A stretch of 63,688 nt of DNA, filler included, from an uncultured Chlamydiae bacterium (lineage in GTDB: Bacteria; Chlamydiota; Chlamydiia; Chlamydiales; SM23-39), in assembly GCA_937899275.1 (NCBI GenBank). It is 4 parts of 4 records of this genome, joined end to end, with 100 filler letters (N's around TTAATTAATTAA, not from the genome) between each part and the next. Parts side by side here need not be neighbours in the genome. Positions count along the whole stretch, not along the records: positions 30,438 to 60,252 come from CALBPE010000037.1; 3 more parts are not named here. One strand, 5' to 3'. Every line of letters starts with the position of its first letter. Position 1 is the stretch's first letter. The notes under the pieces were generated by a model that saw only the letters and a program-made list of their open reading frames with translations, did no database searches and was not told the origin of the DNA. Below, one piece after another: positions 41,699 through 51,329 of this stretch. A program made the translations under genes and the position numbers.

Positions 41699-42443
41699 TT
41701 TATTACTACAAGATGCGCATGCGTTGATTACGGGAGCCACTGCTGGTATTGGCTGGGAAATTGCCCGGCTTTTTGTGCAGCATGGAGCAAGCGTTACTCT
41801 CATAGGAAGAAATCAAGAAAGAGCCGAAAAATTAACGGCCTTATTAGAAAAAGAAAAACCCCTTTCCTCTCAAAAAATCGTCTATTTTTTATGTGACGTA
41901 TCTTCGGTATCTTCTGTAGAAGAAGCCTTTGAAAAAATGACAGCGCCAGTAGATATTTTAGTGAATAACGCCGGCATTACCCGAGATAACCTACTTTTAA
42001 GAATGCGAGAAGAAGAGTTTGATGCTGTCATGAATACCAATCTCAAATCGGTTTTTGCCACGTGTAAATGCGCTATTCGCCCCATGTTAAAAGCGAAAAA
42101 AGGTGTGATCATCAACATCTCGTCGGTGATTGGTGTGATGGGCAATGCTGGGCAAACCAACTACGCTGCTTCGAAAGCAGGTATCATCGGTTTTACAAAA
42201 TCTTTGGCAAAAGAAGTCGCAAAAAAAAGCATCCGAGTCAATGCCATTGCTCCTGGATTTATCCAAACGGATATGACGAAAGATTTGCCAGAAAATACGA
42301 GAGAAGCGATCATCAAAAATATTCCTATGAATCAGCTAGGAGATCCGTTAGATGTGGCTAAGGTAGCGCTATTTCTTGCATCAAATTTAGCTAGCTACGT
42401 TACAGGTCAGACCATCCATGTAGATGGCGGAATGGTAATGTAA
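41691..42443 (+). CDS. fabG: 3-oxoacyl-ACP reductase
   Basis: TGATAGIG, NNAGITRD and YAASK motifs. Confidence 0.97.
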   Translation: MDNLLLQDAHALITGATAGIGWEIARLFVQHGASVTLIGRNQERAEKLTALLEKEKPLSSQKIVYFLCDVSSVSSVEEAFEKMTAPVDILVNNAGITRDNLLLRMREEEFDAVMNTNLKSVFATCKCAIRPMLKAKKGVIINISSVIGVMGNAGQTNYAASKAGIIGFTKSLAKEVAKKSIRVNAIAPGFIQTDMTKDLPENTREAIIKNIPMNQLGDPLDVAKVALFLASNLASYVTGQTIHVDGGMVM

Positions 42444-42479
42444 CAAACAACTATTCAATACAAATACAAAGGAAAAAAT

Positions 42480-42722
42480 ATGTCTATAGAAAAAGAAATT
42501 GTGGAAATCATTGTCGAGCAGTTAGGGGTAAATGCAGAAGATGTCACTCCAGAAAAATCATTTGTAGAAGACTTAAACGCCGACTCTTTAGATTCTACCG
42601 AGCTAATTATGACTTTTGAACAGAAATTCGGTTTTGATATTCCAGAAGAAGATGCAGAAAAGCTAAAAACTGTAGGCGATGTTATCGAATATATGAAAAA
42701 GAAAAAAGGCACAAATGCGTAA
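42480..42722 (+). CDS. acpP: Acyl carrier protein
   Basis: DLNADSLD phosphopantetheine site. Confidence 0.97.
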   Translation: MSIEKEIVEIIVEQLGVNAEDVTPEKSFVEDLNADSLDSTELIMTFEQKFGFDIPEEDAEKLKTVGDVIEYMKKKKGTNA

Positions 42723-42725
42723 AAA

Positions 42726-42752
42726 TATAGCCAGTGATTTTCACTGGCTATA
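42726..42752. terminator. Hairpin between convergent genes, probable bidirectional terminator
   Basis: Perfect 12-bp inverted repeat TATAGCCAGTGA-ttt-TCACTGGCTATA. Confidence 0.75.
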
Positions 42753-42781
42753 GCAAATTTCAAGGGCTGCTTTCGCCGGTT

Positions 42782-43504
42782 TTACTGATCTATTGTTTGC
42801 AGTAACTTTCTGACAATGGGTCGATAAAACTTTTTAAAGATAGGATCAGAGAAACTATCCAACACGTAAGGCGTATCCGTTTTTTCAATGATATGATCAA
42901 CAATTGCATAGCATAAATTGCACTGATTATCCAAGCTTAAATCAGCGAACTGCGCAGCAAATCCGACTGAATAATACACAACAGATGCTAAATCCCTCCA
43001 ATGAAACCCGTCTTTAAAGGGCTGCAGGATTTGCTCTTCATAGCTTTGAATATCTTCTTCTGAAGGCGATCCATGAATTTTTTTTGGCGGCTGTAAATGC
43101 TGTAAATTATCAGGCGCAATTAAGGTAACAAAAGGAGTAATCATCTTTTTTAATATCGGATCGGTCAATCCGTCTGGAAGATAGGGCGTATCGGTAAAAT
43201 CAATCACATATTCCATGATTTTGATCACAGATTGCACCCGCATATCGAAAGAAAGATGAGGAAACTCTTTCATAAATGAATAGCATTGAACGATCATACT
43301 ACCTAAATCTTGCCACTGAAATCCATCATGAAATATCTTGACGATTTCTTTTGCATACCTTCTATGATCGATATCTAAAGGAATGATTTTCCCATTGGTC
43401 ATAGGGGTTTTGCCTGCGCATTCTATCTGCTCAATGGCTATTTCATAAGATGTGTTTTCTGCGGGGTTTTCCCAATTTCTATCGATGGCATCGGTGTATT
43501 CCAT
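42782..43504 (-). CDS. Hypothetical protein made of two tandem ~75-aa helical repeats
   Basis: FxDGFxWxDL...TDTPYxxDxxxDPIxKK occurs twice; AGGAGG RBS. Confidence 0.85.
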   Translation of the reverse strand: MEYTDAIDRNWENPAENTSYEIAIEQIECAGKTPMTNGKIIPLDIDHRRYAKEIVKIFHDGFQWQDLGSMIVQCYSFMKEFPHLSFDMRVQSVIKIMEYVIDFTDTPYLPDGLTDPILKKMITPFVTLIAPDNLQHLQPPKKIHGSPSEEDIQSYEEQILQPFKDGFHWRDLASVVYYSVGFAAQFADLSLDNQCNLCYAIVDHIIEKTDTPYVLDSFSDPIFKKFYRPIVRKLLQTIDQ

Positions 43505-43612
43505 AACTCCTCCTGATGTTTGTGTTAGAAATTATCGCGCGATTATAGAGTTCTGGTGGTTTTTTCTAAAACGTTTTTATAAAAATTTCTTGTCACCTGT
43601 AGAGAAGGTGCA

Positions 43613-44797
43613 TTACAACACTTGGAACAAAATGCAGAAAAGATCTTTCGGAAAATCTCGTTTTTTTGCAAAGAATCCGATTTCTTTTTTCAGCATATTT
43701 GCAAGGACATGCAGGCCCTCATTGGAAAAGATTTTTCCTACTTTTTCTATATGTTTTTTGAGGGCGCTTTCTGATTGATAAAGCTCAATCAGCGCTTGAT
43801 TGACTACAAATACTTAGTCTCCTGGATGTAACTGAATCGCCTTAGTGGTCATTTTTTCACAAGTTCGATTTGCAAAAGACCAGAAAAAAGGTGGGGGAAA
43901 TCCAGAGCACTCAGAGGAGAAATGCCCTGTGTTTTGCAACGATCCTTTGAAAAATGCAAATCGATTCCGTTCCATTTTATAGTTGCGCAGTAAATTGTAC
44001 ATCCCTTCAAGACCTTTTTCCTCTGCTTCAACCAGCTCAATATCTAGTTGGTTTTTTTTAGGTAATAAGTCGAGAAGAAGTCCCTTGGGTTCATTAGACA
44101 AAAGCGATAGGGTTTTCATCGAGATCGCATCACTTTTGGAGCTTTCTGCGCGGATATCTAACATAAATTTTTGCAATTGGGTAGCGCAAGTAGTCTCGCT
44201 GTAGTGATCTTGTATGCAGGAAGACTCTTTTAATCTATGCATGGTATCTTGCAAACACTCACTCATCGTGTTTAAGGTAGTAGACAGATCGGAAAATTCT
44301 TTTGGTCCTTGGACAGATACCGTTTGCCCATACTCACCAGAAGCGATGAGCAAAGCTGCATTTTGCAATTGCTGGACAGGTTCTACGATGTACCTTGCTG
44401 TAAGCATAAGGGCAGTTGTCACTCCAAAAAGGCTGATTAAGGTTAGAAAGACTGTGGATAATAAGCCTTGTTGCAGCTTGGAGACTATTTTTTCTGCTTT
44501 TACTGTGTATTCGATAAAGGTTCCAGGTCCTTTGCAAACTTGTGTGGTCATAGTATCTTTATCGTAGAAGAAAAATGCATCTAAGGGTTTTGTCGCTAAA
44601 GATTGTTTTTCGATAGTGAAATGTTCACAGGTGAAGGTAGGTTTTGTTGTGTCTTCCTTTAAAGATGCTAGAAATTGCGCATGAAAATGCTCTTTTAGAG
44701 ATGAGCTCCTTTTCTGGTACATAAATGCCGCAATCGATATGTTGCTAATGCAAAGCATAGGCAGAAGAAAAAAAAGCAGTTTTGTGCGGATTTTCAT
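43613..44797 (-). CDS. 2-TM HAMP-domain protein with degenerate SpoIIE/PP2C-like C-terminus; in-frame TAA at 43814-43816
   Basis: TM-periplasmic-TM-HAMP (PVQQLQNAALLIASGEYG...EFSDLSTTLNTM), ATQLQKFML; LHPGD*VFVVNQAL continues in frame to 43613. Confidence 0.75.
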
Positions 44798-44801
44798 AAA
44801 A

Positions 44802-45206
44802 TTATAAGCTCTCGGTGTAGTGCTGCAAAAGAGAAATAGCTACGTTGGGGCACTCAGAAATGATGCTCATAAGTTCCGATCTAGAGATCAATAAAAGAAG
44901 GGAGTCTTTAGTGCAAACTGCGGTGTGTTTTCTAGCTTTTTCATTGAAAAGAGAAGCGTCGCCAAAAAATCCTTGTTTTTCGATTTGCCTAATCTGTTTT
45001 TTTTCTTTGTAAAGAGCTACTTCCCCTTGGGCAATTAGGTACATGGTATGACCTATCTGCCCTTCGGCAAAGACCACTTCTTCTTGATCATAGATGTCTT
45101 GGTGGACTTTATCAGAGATCGCGAGTAAAAAATCGAGATCTAGTTCCTGAAAGATCGAAATATTTTTTAGAAAAAACGCTTTTTCTATTAGGCTAAGTTG
45201 TTTCAT
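44802..45206 (-). CDS. Stand-alone cyclic nucleotide-binding domain protein (CT235-like)
   Basis: VFAEGQIGHTMYLIAQGEV and FFGDASLF motifs. Confidence 0.9.
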   Translation of the reverse strand: MKQLSLIEKAFFLKNISIFQELDLDFLLAISDKVHQDIYDQEEVVFAEGQIGHTMYLIAQGEVALYKEKKQIRQIEKQGFFGDASLFNEKARKHTAVCTKDSLLLLISRSELMSIISECPNVAISLLQHYTESL

Positions 45207-48027
45207 GTTCTAGTAACTCATAAGCAAAATGGTGGAAGGGCTCTTCGCAGGTTTTTAGCTGCTTTTTTACCTCTTGCGCCCAGAGAGGTGTGCGTAAATG
45301 CGCTTTTAATTTTGTTGCTACAATCCGATCAAATGTGGAAGGGGAGCTTTGCAGTTTTTGCAAAATTTCTTCCAAAGTGAGCTGATGATCTTTTGCTGTG
45401 TATTTTTTATAAGCAGCGATTTTTTCTTCAAAAGGTAGATCTTCAATTAGGGGTAAAATCCAGGAAAATGTATACGGATCGCAGCTGGTTTCTAAAGCTT
45501 CAATGGCGCTGCTATGTACTTTTGCATTTTTGCTGTGTAAAGAGATGACAAGAAGCTCAGGGTCTTCAACTTGTCCTACAGCTCCCAGTACGTGGATGAT
45601 GAAGTCGACAGCAGACTGAAAACTTGTCAGTAACGTTTGGGTAAGATCTGATAGATCGTATTCTGGGTAACTTGCCTGCACTGTGTGGCCGTAGTAAAAA
45701 TAGAAATAAGCCCGCTCTTTTTCTACCTCTAAAATATCTTGTAGGCTTGCTTGTAGCTGCGCTATCGACAAACGAGCTAGAACCTTACTCGCAAGGATTC
45801 TAGGTTTGTCGTGCGCTTTAGTATCTTTGAGTACTGATAAAATAATCGGAATATTTTTCAGGCCCATGGCGGCAAGGATTTTTTCTGTTTCCCGTTTTTC
45901 TAAAGGGCGAAAATGCGTTGTCGTTAAAAGAAGTTTTTTTACAGTAGAAGAATCTGCTATATGACCTAGCGCCTTTAAGTACTGTAGGCGCGCTATGCTA
46001 TCGGGGGTTTCTTGTAATAAAGATAAAATGGGATGGGATAGCCCATACATCGTATCATTTGCGATAGATGCTAGCGCTTTTGCAGCAGCTCTTCTAATTT
46101 GAAGAGATGGATGGGTGGATAAAGATAGCGCTTTTTCAGCGGATTGGATTGTAGGGATTTCTTGTAAGATCAAAAGCCCCATCAGCACTTCTTTTTCATC
46201 CTCATCGTTCAGCATTAAAGCGGTTTCTCTTTCAGCAATTGTTTTGTGCAGAGCTAGCTCATCCAACGTAGAAGACGAGGGGTATTTCTGCAGGGTAATG
46301 ATAGCTGATGCTCGAATCCAAAGGCTGTGGCTTTCATCTAGGTGGTGCAGCAAGTTTTTTGGAGGCAAAAGATTTCTTTTAGCTAGGTAGAAATACGCTT
46401 TTTGTTGAAATTCTAAAGATGAGTTTGGATCTGCCCATGTTTGCACTACATGAGAGATAGTAGGATCTTCAGAGAAGCCCACTTTTTCTAATAGATCAAG
46501 CGCCTCAGATTTCCCATGATTTGAAAGGGACAAAAGCGCAGAGGCAATCTTTCGGATTAAAGCGGGCTCTTCTAAGCGCAGTATGGCTTTGATCGCTAGA
46601 ATTTTTTCCGATTCTTGTGTAGAGGAAAGGCGCTTGGATAGCACTTCTTTAGCAAGTTTTCGCTCTTTTTTATTCCAGGAGCAAATCCAATCTTTTACCG
46701 TTTTTTCAAAACGTAAAATTTGCTCCTTTAGATTGAGAAAAAGCGCTTTTTTATACAGGCTGCGCAGTAAAAATGTAATGCTAATCAGCCCGATAGATAA
46801 AACGAGTCCAAGCTGTTTACTTTGACTGGACTGCAAAAAAAATAGACAAGCTGCTGAAACCATCATACCAATGGGCTCAAAAAACGAGTCATTGACAATC
46901 CGCACTTTAGACTTGATCTTAGATGGAACGGCTTTGGTCAGTAGATTAAAGCTGTTGTCCTCGATAGTAAAAGCAACGCCATCTACCGCAATCAACCCTA
47001 AGATAGCAATGGTAATCGAGTCGTCAAAAACCCATCCTGTATAGATCAGGAAAAAAAAGAAAGGGGGAAAAAGAATAAGGTTAGTGAGTCCAAGCCGTTT
47101 TACAAAAGGTCGGTATAAAAAGCCTCCAATGAGTACATTCGCGATGGAAATTAAGGCTCTACATTTGCCTAAAAATTCTGATACGGTGTTAGCGTTACAT
47201 GTTTTTTGTAGCTCTCCTTGTTGGAATGCAGAGGCAAATGTTTCCATGTAATTAAACTCTGTTGTAGTCAGTGTAAACTCTTGAATGAGACTTAGCGCCA
47301 AAAGAGCGATGGTGTAAGGAGATTGGATGAGGCCGAGAAAAGTCGAAGAAAAAGAATGCCGATCTCCTGAAAATACGCCTTCTACGCTATCGTCATGTAC
47401 AGCGGGAATTTTATAGGCAATTGTTCTCGCTTCTCTTAAAGATAGCAAAACGCAAAGTGCAGAAAGAGCAAAAAACAGCCTTGTGCCTACAATTTCTAAA
47501 AATAGATGGATGCAAAATCCAGAAAGAACTAACCCAGAAAAATACGCTGCGCTATACAACGAGTAGACTCTTTTTGCATCTTGTAGGTCGTGATACTGAT
47601 CAATGAAAGTCCAGGCTAAGGCTAAAAATACAGAAAAAAAGATCCGAGAATAAATCTTGATTCCATACCAAAAAATGGGAGGAAGGCTATGTAAAGAAAT
47701 CGCAGAAAGGATCAGTAAAATCGCTGAGGATGTAACTAAAAAAAGCACCAAGCTAGAGCAAAGAACTCGATAAGGACTTTTGATCCGAAGAGAATAAAGG
47801 ATCATCGAGGAAGAGCCGATTAAAGCAAGCGCGCCAATAAAATAAGCTAAAGGCAGACCTTTTGCGCCTACATAACTTAAAAATAGGCCGTCGGCTAATG
47901 TTTCAAAACATGAAGTGGAAAAAGCCCAAAAGATGGCGAAGCGGGCAAATCGCAAGGTGTTTTTCACCTCGCCTGGGTAGATACCAAAAATTTTTCTTAA
48001 CACGCTTCTTGAGTCCCCTTGTTCCAC
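45193..48027 (-). CDS. NTT/MFS-like multi-TM transporter fused to HEAT repeats (CT234-like)
   Basis: About 12 TM segments (AKRVYSLYS) followed by HEAT repeats (IRRAAAKALA); start may be GTG 48003. Confidence 0.85.
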   Translation of the reverse strand: MEQGDSRSVLRKIFGIYPGEVKNTLRFARFAIFWAFSTSCFETLADGLFLSYVGAKGLPLAYFIGALALIGSSSMILYSLRIKSPYRVLCSSLVLFLVTSSAILLILSAISLHSLPPIFWYGIKIYSRIFFSVFLALAWTFIDQYHDLQDAKRVYSLYSAAYFSGLVLSGFCIHLFLEIVGTRLFFALSALCVLLSLREARTIAYKIPAVHDDSVEGVFSGDRHSFSSTFLGLIQSPYTIALLALSLIQEFTLTTTEFNYMETFASAFQQGELQKTCNANTVSEFLGKCRALISIANVLIGGFLYRPFVKRLGLTNLILFPPFFFFLIYTGWVFDDSITIAILGLIAVDGVAFTIEDNSFNLLTKAVPSKIKSKVRIVNDSFFEPIGMMVSAACLFFLQSSQSKQLGLVLSIGLISITFLLRSLYKKALFLNLKEQILRFEKTVKDWICSWNKKERKLAKEVLSKRLSSTQESEKILAIKAILRLEEPALIRKIASALLSLSNHGKSEALDLLEKVGFSEDPTISHVVQTWADPNSSLEFQQKAYFYLAKRNLLPPKNLLHHLDESHSLWIRASAIITLQKYPSSSTLDELALHKTIAERETALMLNDEDEKEVLMGLLILQEIPTIQSAEKALSLSTHPSLQIRRAAAKALASIANDTMYGLSHPILSLLQETPDSIARLQYLKALGHIADSSTVKKLLLTTTHFRPLEKRETEKILAAMGLKNIPIILSVLKDTKAHDKPRILASKVLARLSIAQLQASLQDILEVEKERAYFYFYYGHTVQASYPEYDLSDLTQTLLTSFQSAVDFIIHVLGAVGQVEDPELLVISLHSKNAKVHSSAIEALETSCDPYTFSWILPLIEDLPFEEKIAAYKKYTAKDHQLTLEEILQKLQSSPSTFDRIVATKLKAHLRTPLWAQEVKKQLKTCEEPFHHFAYELLEHETT

Positions 48028-48212
48028 GCTTTACGTGTAGCTAGTGCTGATAGGCTGTTTTTATCTGTTATCGTCCATTTTACTTAGCTATTTTATGCTG
48101 ATAGTTCATTACATACAAAAGTATTTTACGTGATTTTCTTGCACCTTTCTAGTAGAATTTTTGCTCTATATCAGCTAGAATACGAAATTTTATAGATCAG
48201 GAAACATAAAGA

Positions 48213-49160
48213 ATGGAAAAACAACAACTTATCATCATTGGATCGGGACCTGCAGGTTACACAGCAGCTATCTACGCAGCAAGAGCAAACTTAAAACCGA
48301 TTCTTTACACCGGGTTTAAAGCGGGCTTAGAGGGAGGTCAGCTGATGACCACCACAGATGTGGAAAACTACCCAGGTTTTCCCGAAGGGATTTTAGGTCC
48401 AGAAATGATGATGGCGTTCAAACAGCAAGCTAAAAGATTTGGGACAGATATTCGAGCTGAAGACGTTCTTTCTGTGAACCTGAAAAAAGCGCCTTTTACT
48501 GTGACAACGGCAGATACAACCATGGAAACAAAGGCGCTGATTATTGCCACAGGCGCCAACGCCAAACGTCTAGATATTCCAGGAACAAGAGAAGGAGAAA
48601 TGTGGCAAAAAGGGGATTCTTCTTGCGCTGTATGTGCCGGGGCGGCTCATATTATTCGGGGGAAGACTCTATTTGTAATTGGTGGGGGAGATAGCGCTGT
48701 GGAAGAGGCGATTTTTCTCACAAAATACGCAGCAAAAGTATATATCGTCCACCGAAGAGATCAGTTAAGAGCTTCAAAAATTATGGCAGAAAGAGCAAAA
48801 AACCATCCGCAAATCGAGATTTTATGGGATTCGGTATTAGACTCTGTTGCAGGTGATACTGTGGTTTCTTCTGTTGTTGTCCACAACTTGAAAACAAACC
48901 AACAGTCTTCTTATCCTGCTGGCGGCGTATTTTTTGCCATCGGTCATAGTCCTAATGTGGATTTTTTACAAGGCCAGATTCCCTTAACTCAATCAGGCTA
49001 CATCTCCGTGGAAAAAGGCACAAGTAAAACGGCTATAGAAGGGGTGTTTGCAGCAGGAGATGTGCAAGACGATCGGTATAGACAAGCGGTAACTGCAGCA
49101 GGTAGCGGCTGCATGGCTGCACTAGACGCCGAACGATTTCTTTCAGAAAGTGGTGTATGA
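48213..49160 (+). CDS. trxB: Thioredoxin reductase
   Basis: IIGSGPAG, CAVC, IGGGDSAVEEA and AAGDV motifs. Confidence 0.97.
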   Translation: MEKQQLIIIGSGPAGYTAAIYAARANLKPILYTGFKAGLEGGQLMTTTDVENYPGFPEGILGPEMMMAFKQQAKRFGTDIRAEDVLSVNLKKAPFTVTTADTTMETKALIIATGANAKRLDIPGTREGEMWQKGDSSCAVCAGAAHIIRGKTLFVIGGGDSAVEEAIFLTKYAAKVYIVHRRDQLRASKIMAERAKNHPQIEILWDSVLDSVAGDTVVSSVVVHNLKTNQQSSYPAGGVFFAIGHSPNVDFLQGQIPLTQSGYISVEKGTSKTAIEGVFAAGDVQDDRYRQAVTAAGSGCMAALDAERFLSESGV

Positions 49161-49969
49161 AACGGTTTTCTTTTCTACTTTTTTCTTTGAGTTTTCCTTT
49201 AGGGCTTTTCAGTTTGGAAAAGCAGCCTTGGTTTAGTGATGTTTATGAATTTCATCTACTGAGTTCTTATACCTATAGTGAATTTAACCAAGTAGACAAA
49301 GAAACGAAGCCTAATACCTCGTCTAGAGATCACCTAGTCGATTTTGGCATAGAAACCTCCCCTTCAGCGCAATGGAGTATAGATGGCGAGCTTTCTTTTG
49401 TAGATACGACAAGGCAAGCGTTTAGTTTTCAGTCTTCTGCTGTACAAGCGCGGTATCTTTGGTTAGATGATATTGTAGGGGATTTTTTAAGCCTTACTAC
49501 AGGCGTATCGATGCGTCTTACTTCCCGCAGATCTCTTCGCGATATCAGCTGTCTTTATCACGGCACAGGGGAGTTTACCCTTCATACATCTTTTGGTAAA
49601 GAATTAGACCATGGCCGATTTTCCAGGTACCGCTTATGGGGCTTTGGTCTTGTAGGATTTTCTACAAGCGGATCTCCTTGGTTTCGAGGGGTCGGTTCTG
49701 TAGAAGGAAATCATTACGATCTGCATAAATGGGCGCTTTTTTTAGAAGGCGGGCATGGTTACGGAAAAAAAATGGTGGTCGATCCAAACCATTTTTTTGG
49801 CTATGGAAAAATTCGGTATAAATTTCTTGATTTAGGCGTCCGTTACGGTTACAAAATTGGAGTTATGGGCACTGTGCGCTTTGAATACACAAGAAGGCTT
49901 TTAGCAGGGGCCTACCCCAAAAATGTCAATTTCTTCACCGCTTCTTATTTACTCCCTTTTTCTTTTTAA
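49157..49969 (+). CDS. Putative outer membrane beta-barrel protein
   Basis: Signal peptide, alternating aromatic/Gly beta strands, terminal Phe. Confidence 0.7.
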   Translation: MKRFSFLLFSLSFPLGLFSLEKQPWFSDVYEFHLLSSYTYSEFNQVDKETKPNTSSRDHLVDFGIETSPSAQWSIDGELSFVDTTRQAFSFQSSAVQARYLWLDDIVGDFLSLTTGVSMRLTSRRSLRDISCLYHGTGEFTLHTSFGKELDHGRFSRYRLWGFGLVGFSTSGSPWFRGVGSVEGNHYDLHKWALFLEGGHGYGKKMVVDPNHFFGYGKIRYKFLDLGVRYGYKIGVMGTVRFEYTRRLLAGAYPKNVNFFTASYLLPFSF

Positions 49970-50331
49970 AAGGCGATAGCAGTAGCAACTGCGTACGATT
50001 TTTCATGGCTTAGGCTAATCAAAATTTTCGGGCTGCCAAATGCTTTACCTGCTTTTTCTGAAAGCTTTACCTCGGGTTTACCTTGAGGATTCATGGAAAT
50101 GGTGATGTCTTGCCATCCTAGCTTTTTTCCGATCCCTACTCCAAGAGCTTTTGCTACCGCTTCTTTTCCGGCAAATCGCGCTGCAAATCTCGAAGGGGCT
50201 AATTTTTCTGATTGCAAACAGTACTTGATTTCTTCCAGGGTAAAGATCCGTTTTGTAAACGCGCTACCTTTAGATGAAAGAATACCCTCTATTCTAGCGA
50301 TTTCTACAATATCTACACCGATTCCCTGCAT
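49966..50331 (-). CDS. acpS: Holo-ACP synthase
   Basis: GIGVDIVE, RFAGKEAVAKALG and SLSHE motifs. Confidence 0.97.
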   Translation of the reverse strand: MQGIGVDIVEIARIEGILSSKGSAFTKRIFTLEEIKYCLQSEKLAPSRFAARFAGKEAVAKALGVGIGKKLGWQDITISMNPQGKPEVKLSEKAGKAFGSPKILISLSHEKSYAVATAIAF

Positions 50332-50422
50332 ATCTACCTCTTTTCGTGAAAAATAGTATCAGCTACAAGGAGCATAAAAGCAAGGTATTGCGCGATTCTA
50401 CCACTTCGCATACACTAGAGTT

Positions 50423-50872
50423 ATGAGACAGAAAACTATTTTACTTCTTTCGGGCGCTTTTTGGCTTTTTGGAGGAATTTCTTTAATTTCTAAGGGAATA
50501 CGCCTTTTAGGAGAAGATCTTGCCTTGCAAGCGGGGCTTCTAGAGGCGTCTGCATTATTTTCCAACCAAAAATCGGTCGTAGCCGCCCTCGGGTGTGCTC
50601 TTATAATCGGAATTGTGAAAGGAAGGATTGCGTTAGCGTAAACCGTTAAAAGAACAATTGATCGGGTAACGAACACGCCAAAACCCTCTTTTTTAGATAC
50701 CAAGACGGTGTTCATTTTACTTTTGATGCTCATTTTGAATCGATTGATGACATACGCCTCAATCCATCCGTTTTACCGGGGCAGTATTGATGTGGCGATT
50801 GGATCTGCCCTGATTCATGGAGCGGTGAGTTTTTTCCGTTTGACTATGCTTCATCGTAAAAGCTTGACGTAA
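50423..50872 (+). CDS. Chlamydial 4-TM membrane protein (CT102-like position), in-frame TAA at 50639-50641
   Basis: KGRIALA*TVKRTIDR...YRGSIDVAIGSALIHGA continues in frame; divergent from acpS. Confidence 0.7.
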
Positions 50873-50873
50873 T

Positions 50874-51299
50874 TTACTTGTGGTATTTTTTTCCTTCCTG
50901 CAAAGAATACGCCCTGTACAATTGTTCTACTAATAATAGCCTTGCAATTTGGTGGGGAAATACCATTTTTGAAAGGCTTAGTCTAAAATCTGCTTGCATC
51001 AGCGCTTCTTTAGACAGCCCTTCTGCTTCTCCGATCATAAAGTAGATCTGTTTGTAAGTAGTCCATTGAATCAGTTTTTCTGCAAATGCTTCACTTGTCA
51101 GCTCCTGTCCAGTAGGATCAAGCGCGATATATATCCCGCTTTTACCTTCTTTTTTTCTCGATATAATCTGCGAGACTACAAGCTTTTTTTCTTCAAGAAA
51201 AAGTCTTTTTTTCATTCTTGTTTTATAGATTTCAATATGCTTTTCTAATGCTTCTTTTTTACTTTTACCACCGCTTAAGATAGCGACTTTTATGGTCAT
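50874..51299 (-). CDS. rlmH: 23S rRNA pseudouridine1915 methyltransferase
   Basis: IGEAEGL and FPHQIARLLLVEQLYRA...YHK motifs. Confidence 0.95.
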   Translation of the reverse strand: MTIKVAILSGGKSKKEALEKHIEIYKTRMKKRLFLEEKKLVVSQIISRKKEGKSGIYIALDPTGQELTSEAFAEKLIQWTTYKQIYFMIGEAEGLSKEALMQADFRLSLSKMVFPHQIARLLLVEQLYRAYSLQEGKKYHK

Positions 51300-51329
51300 A
51301 TGGTATGCTCAATTCGTTTATGGATTAAT

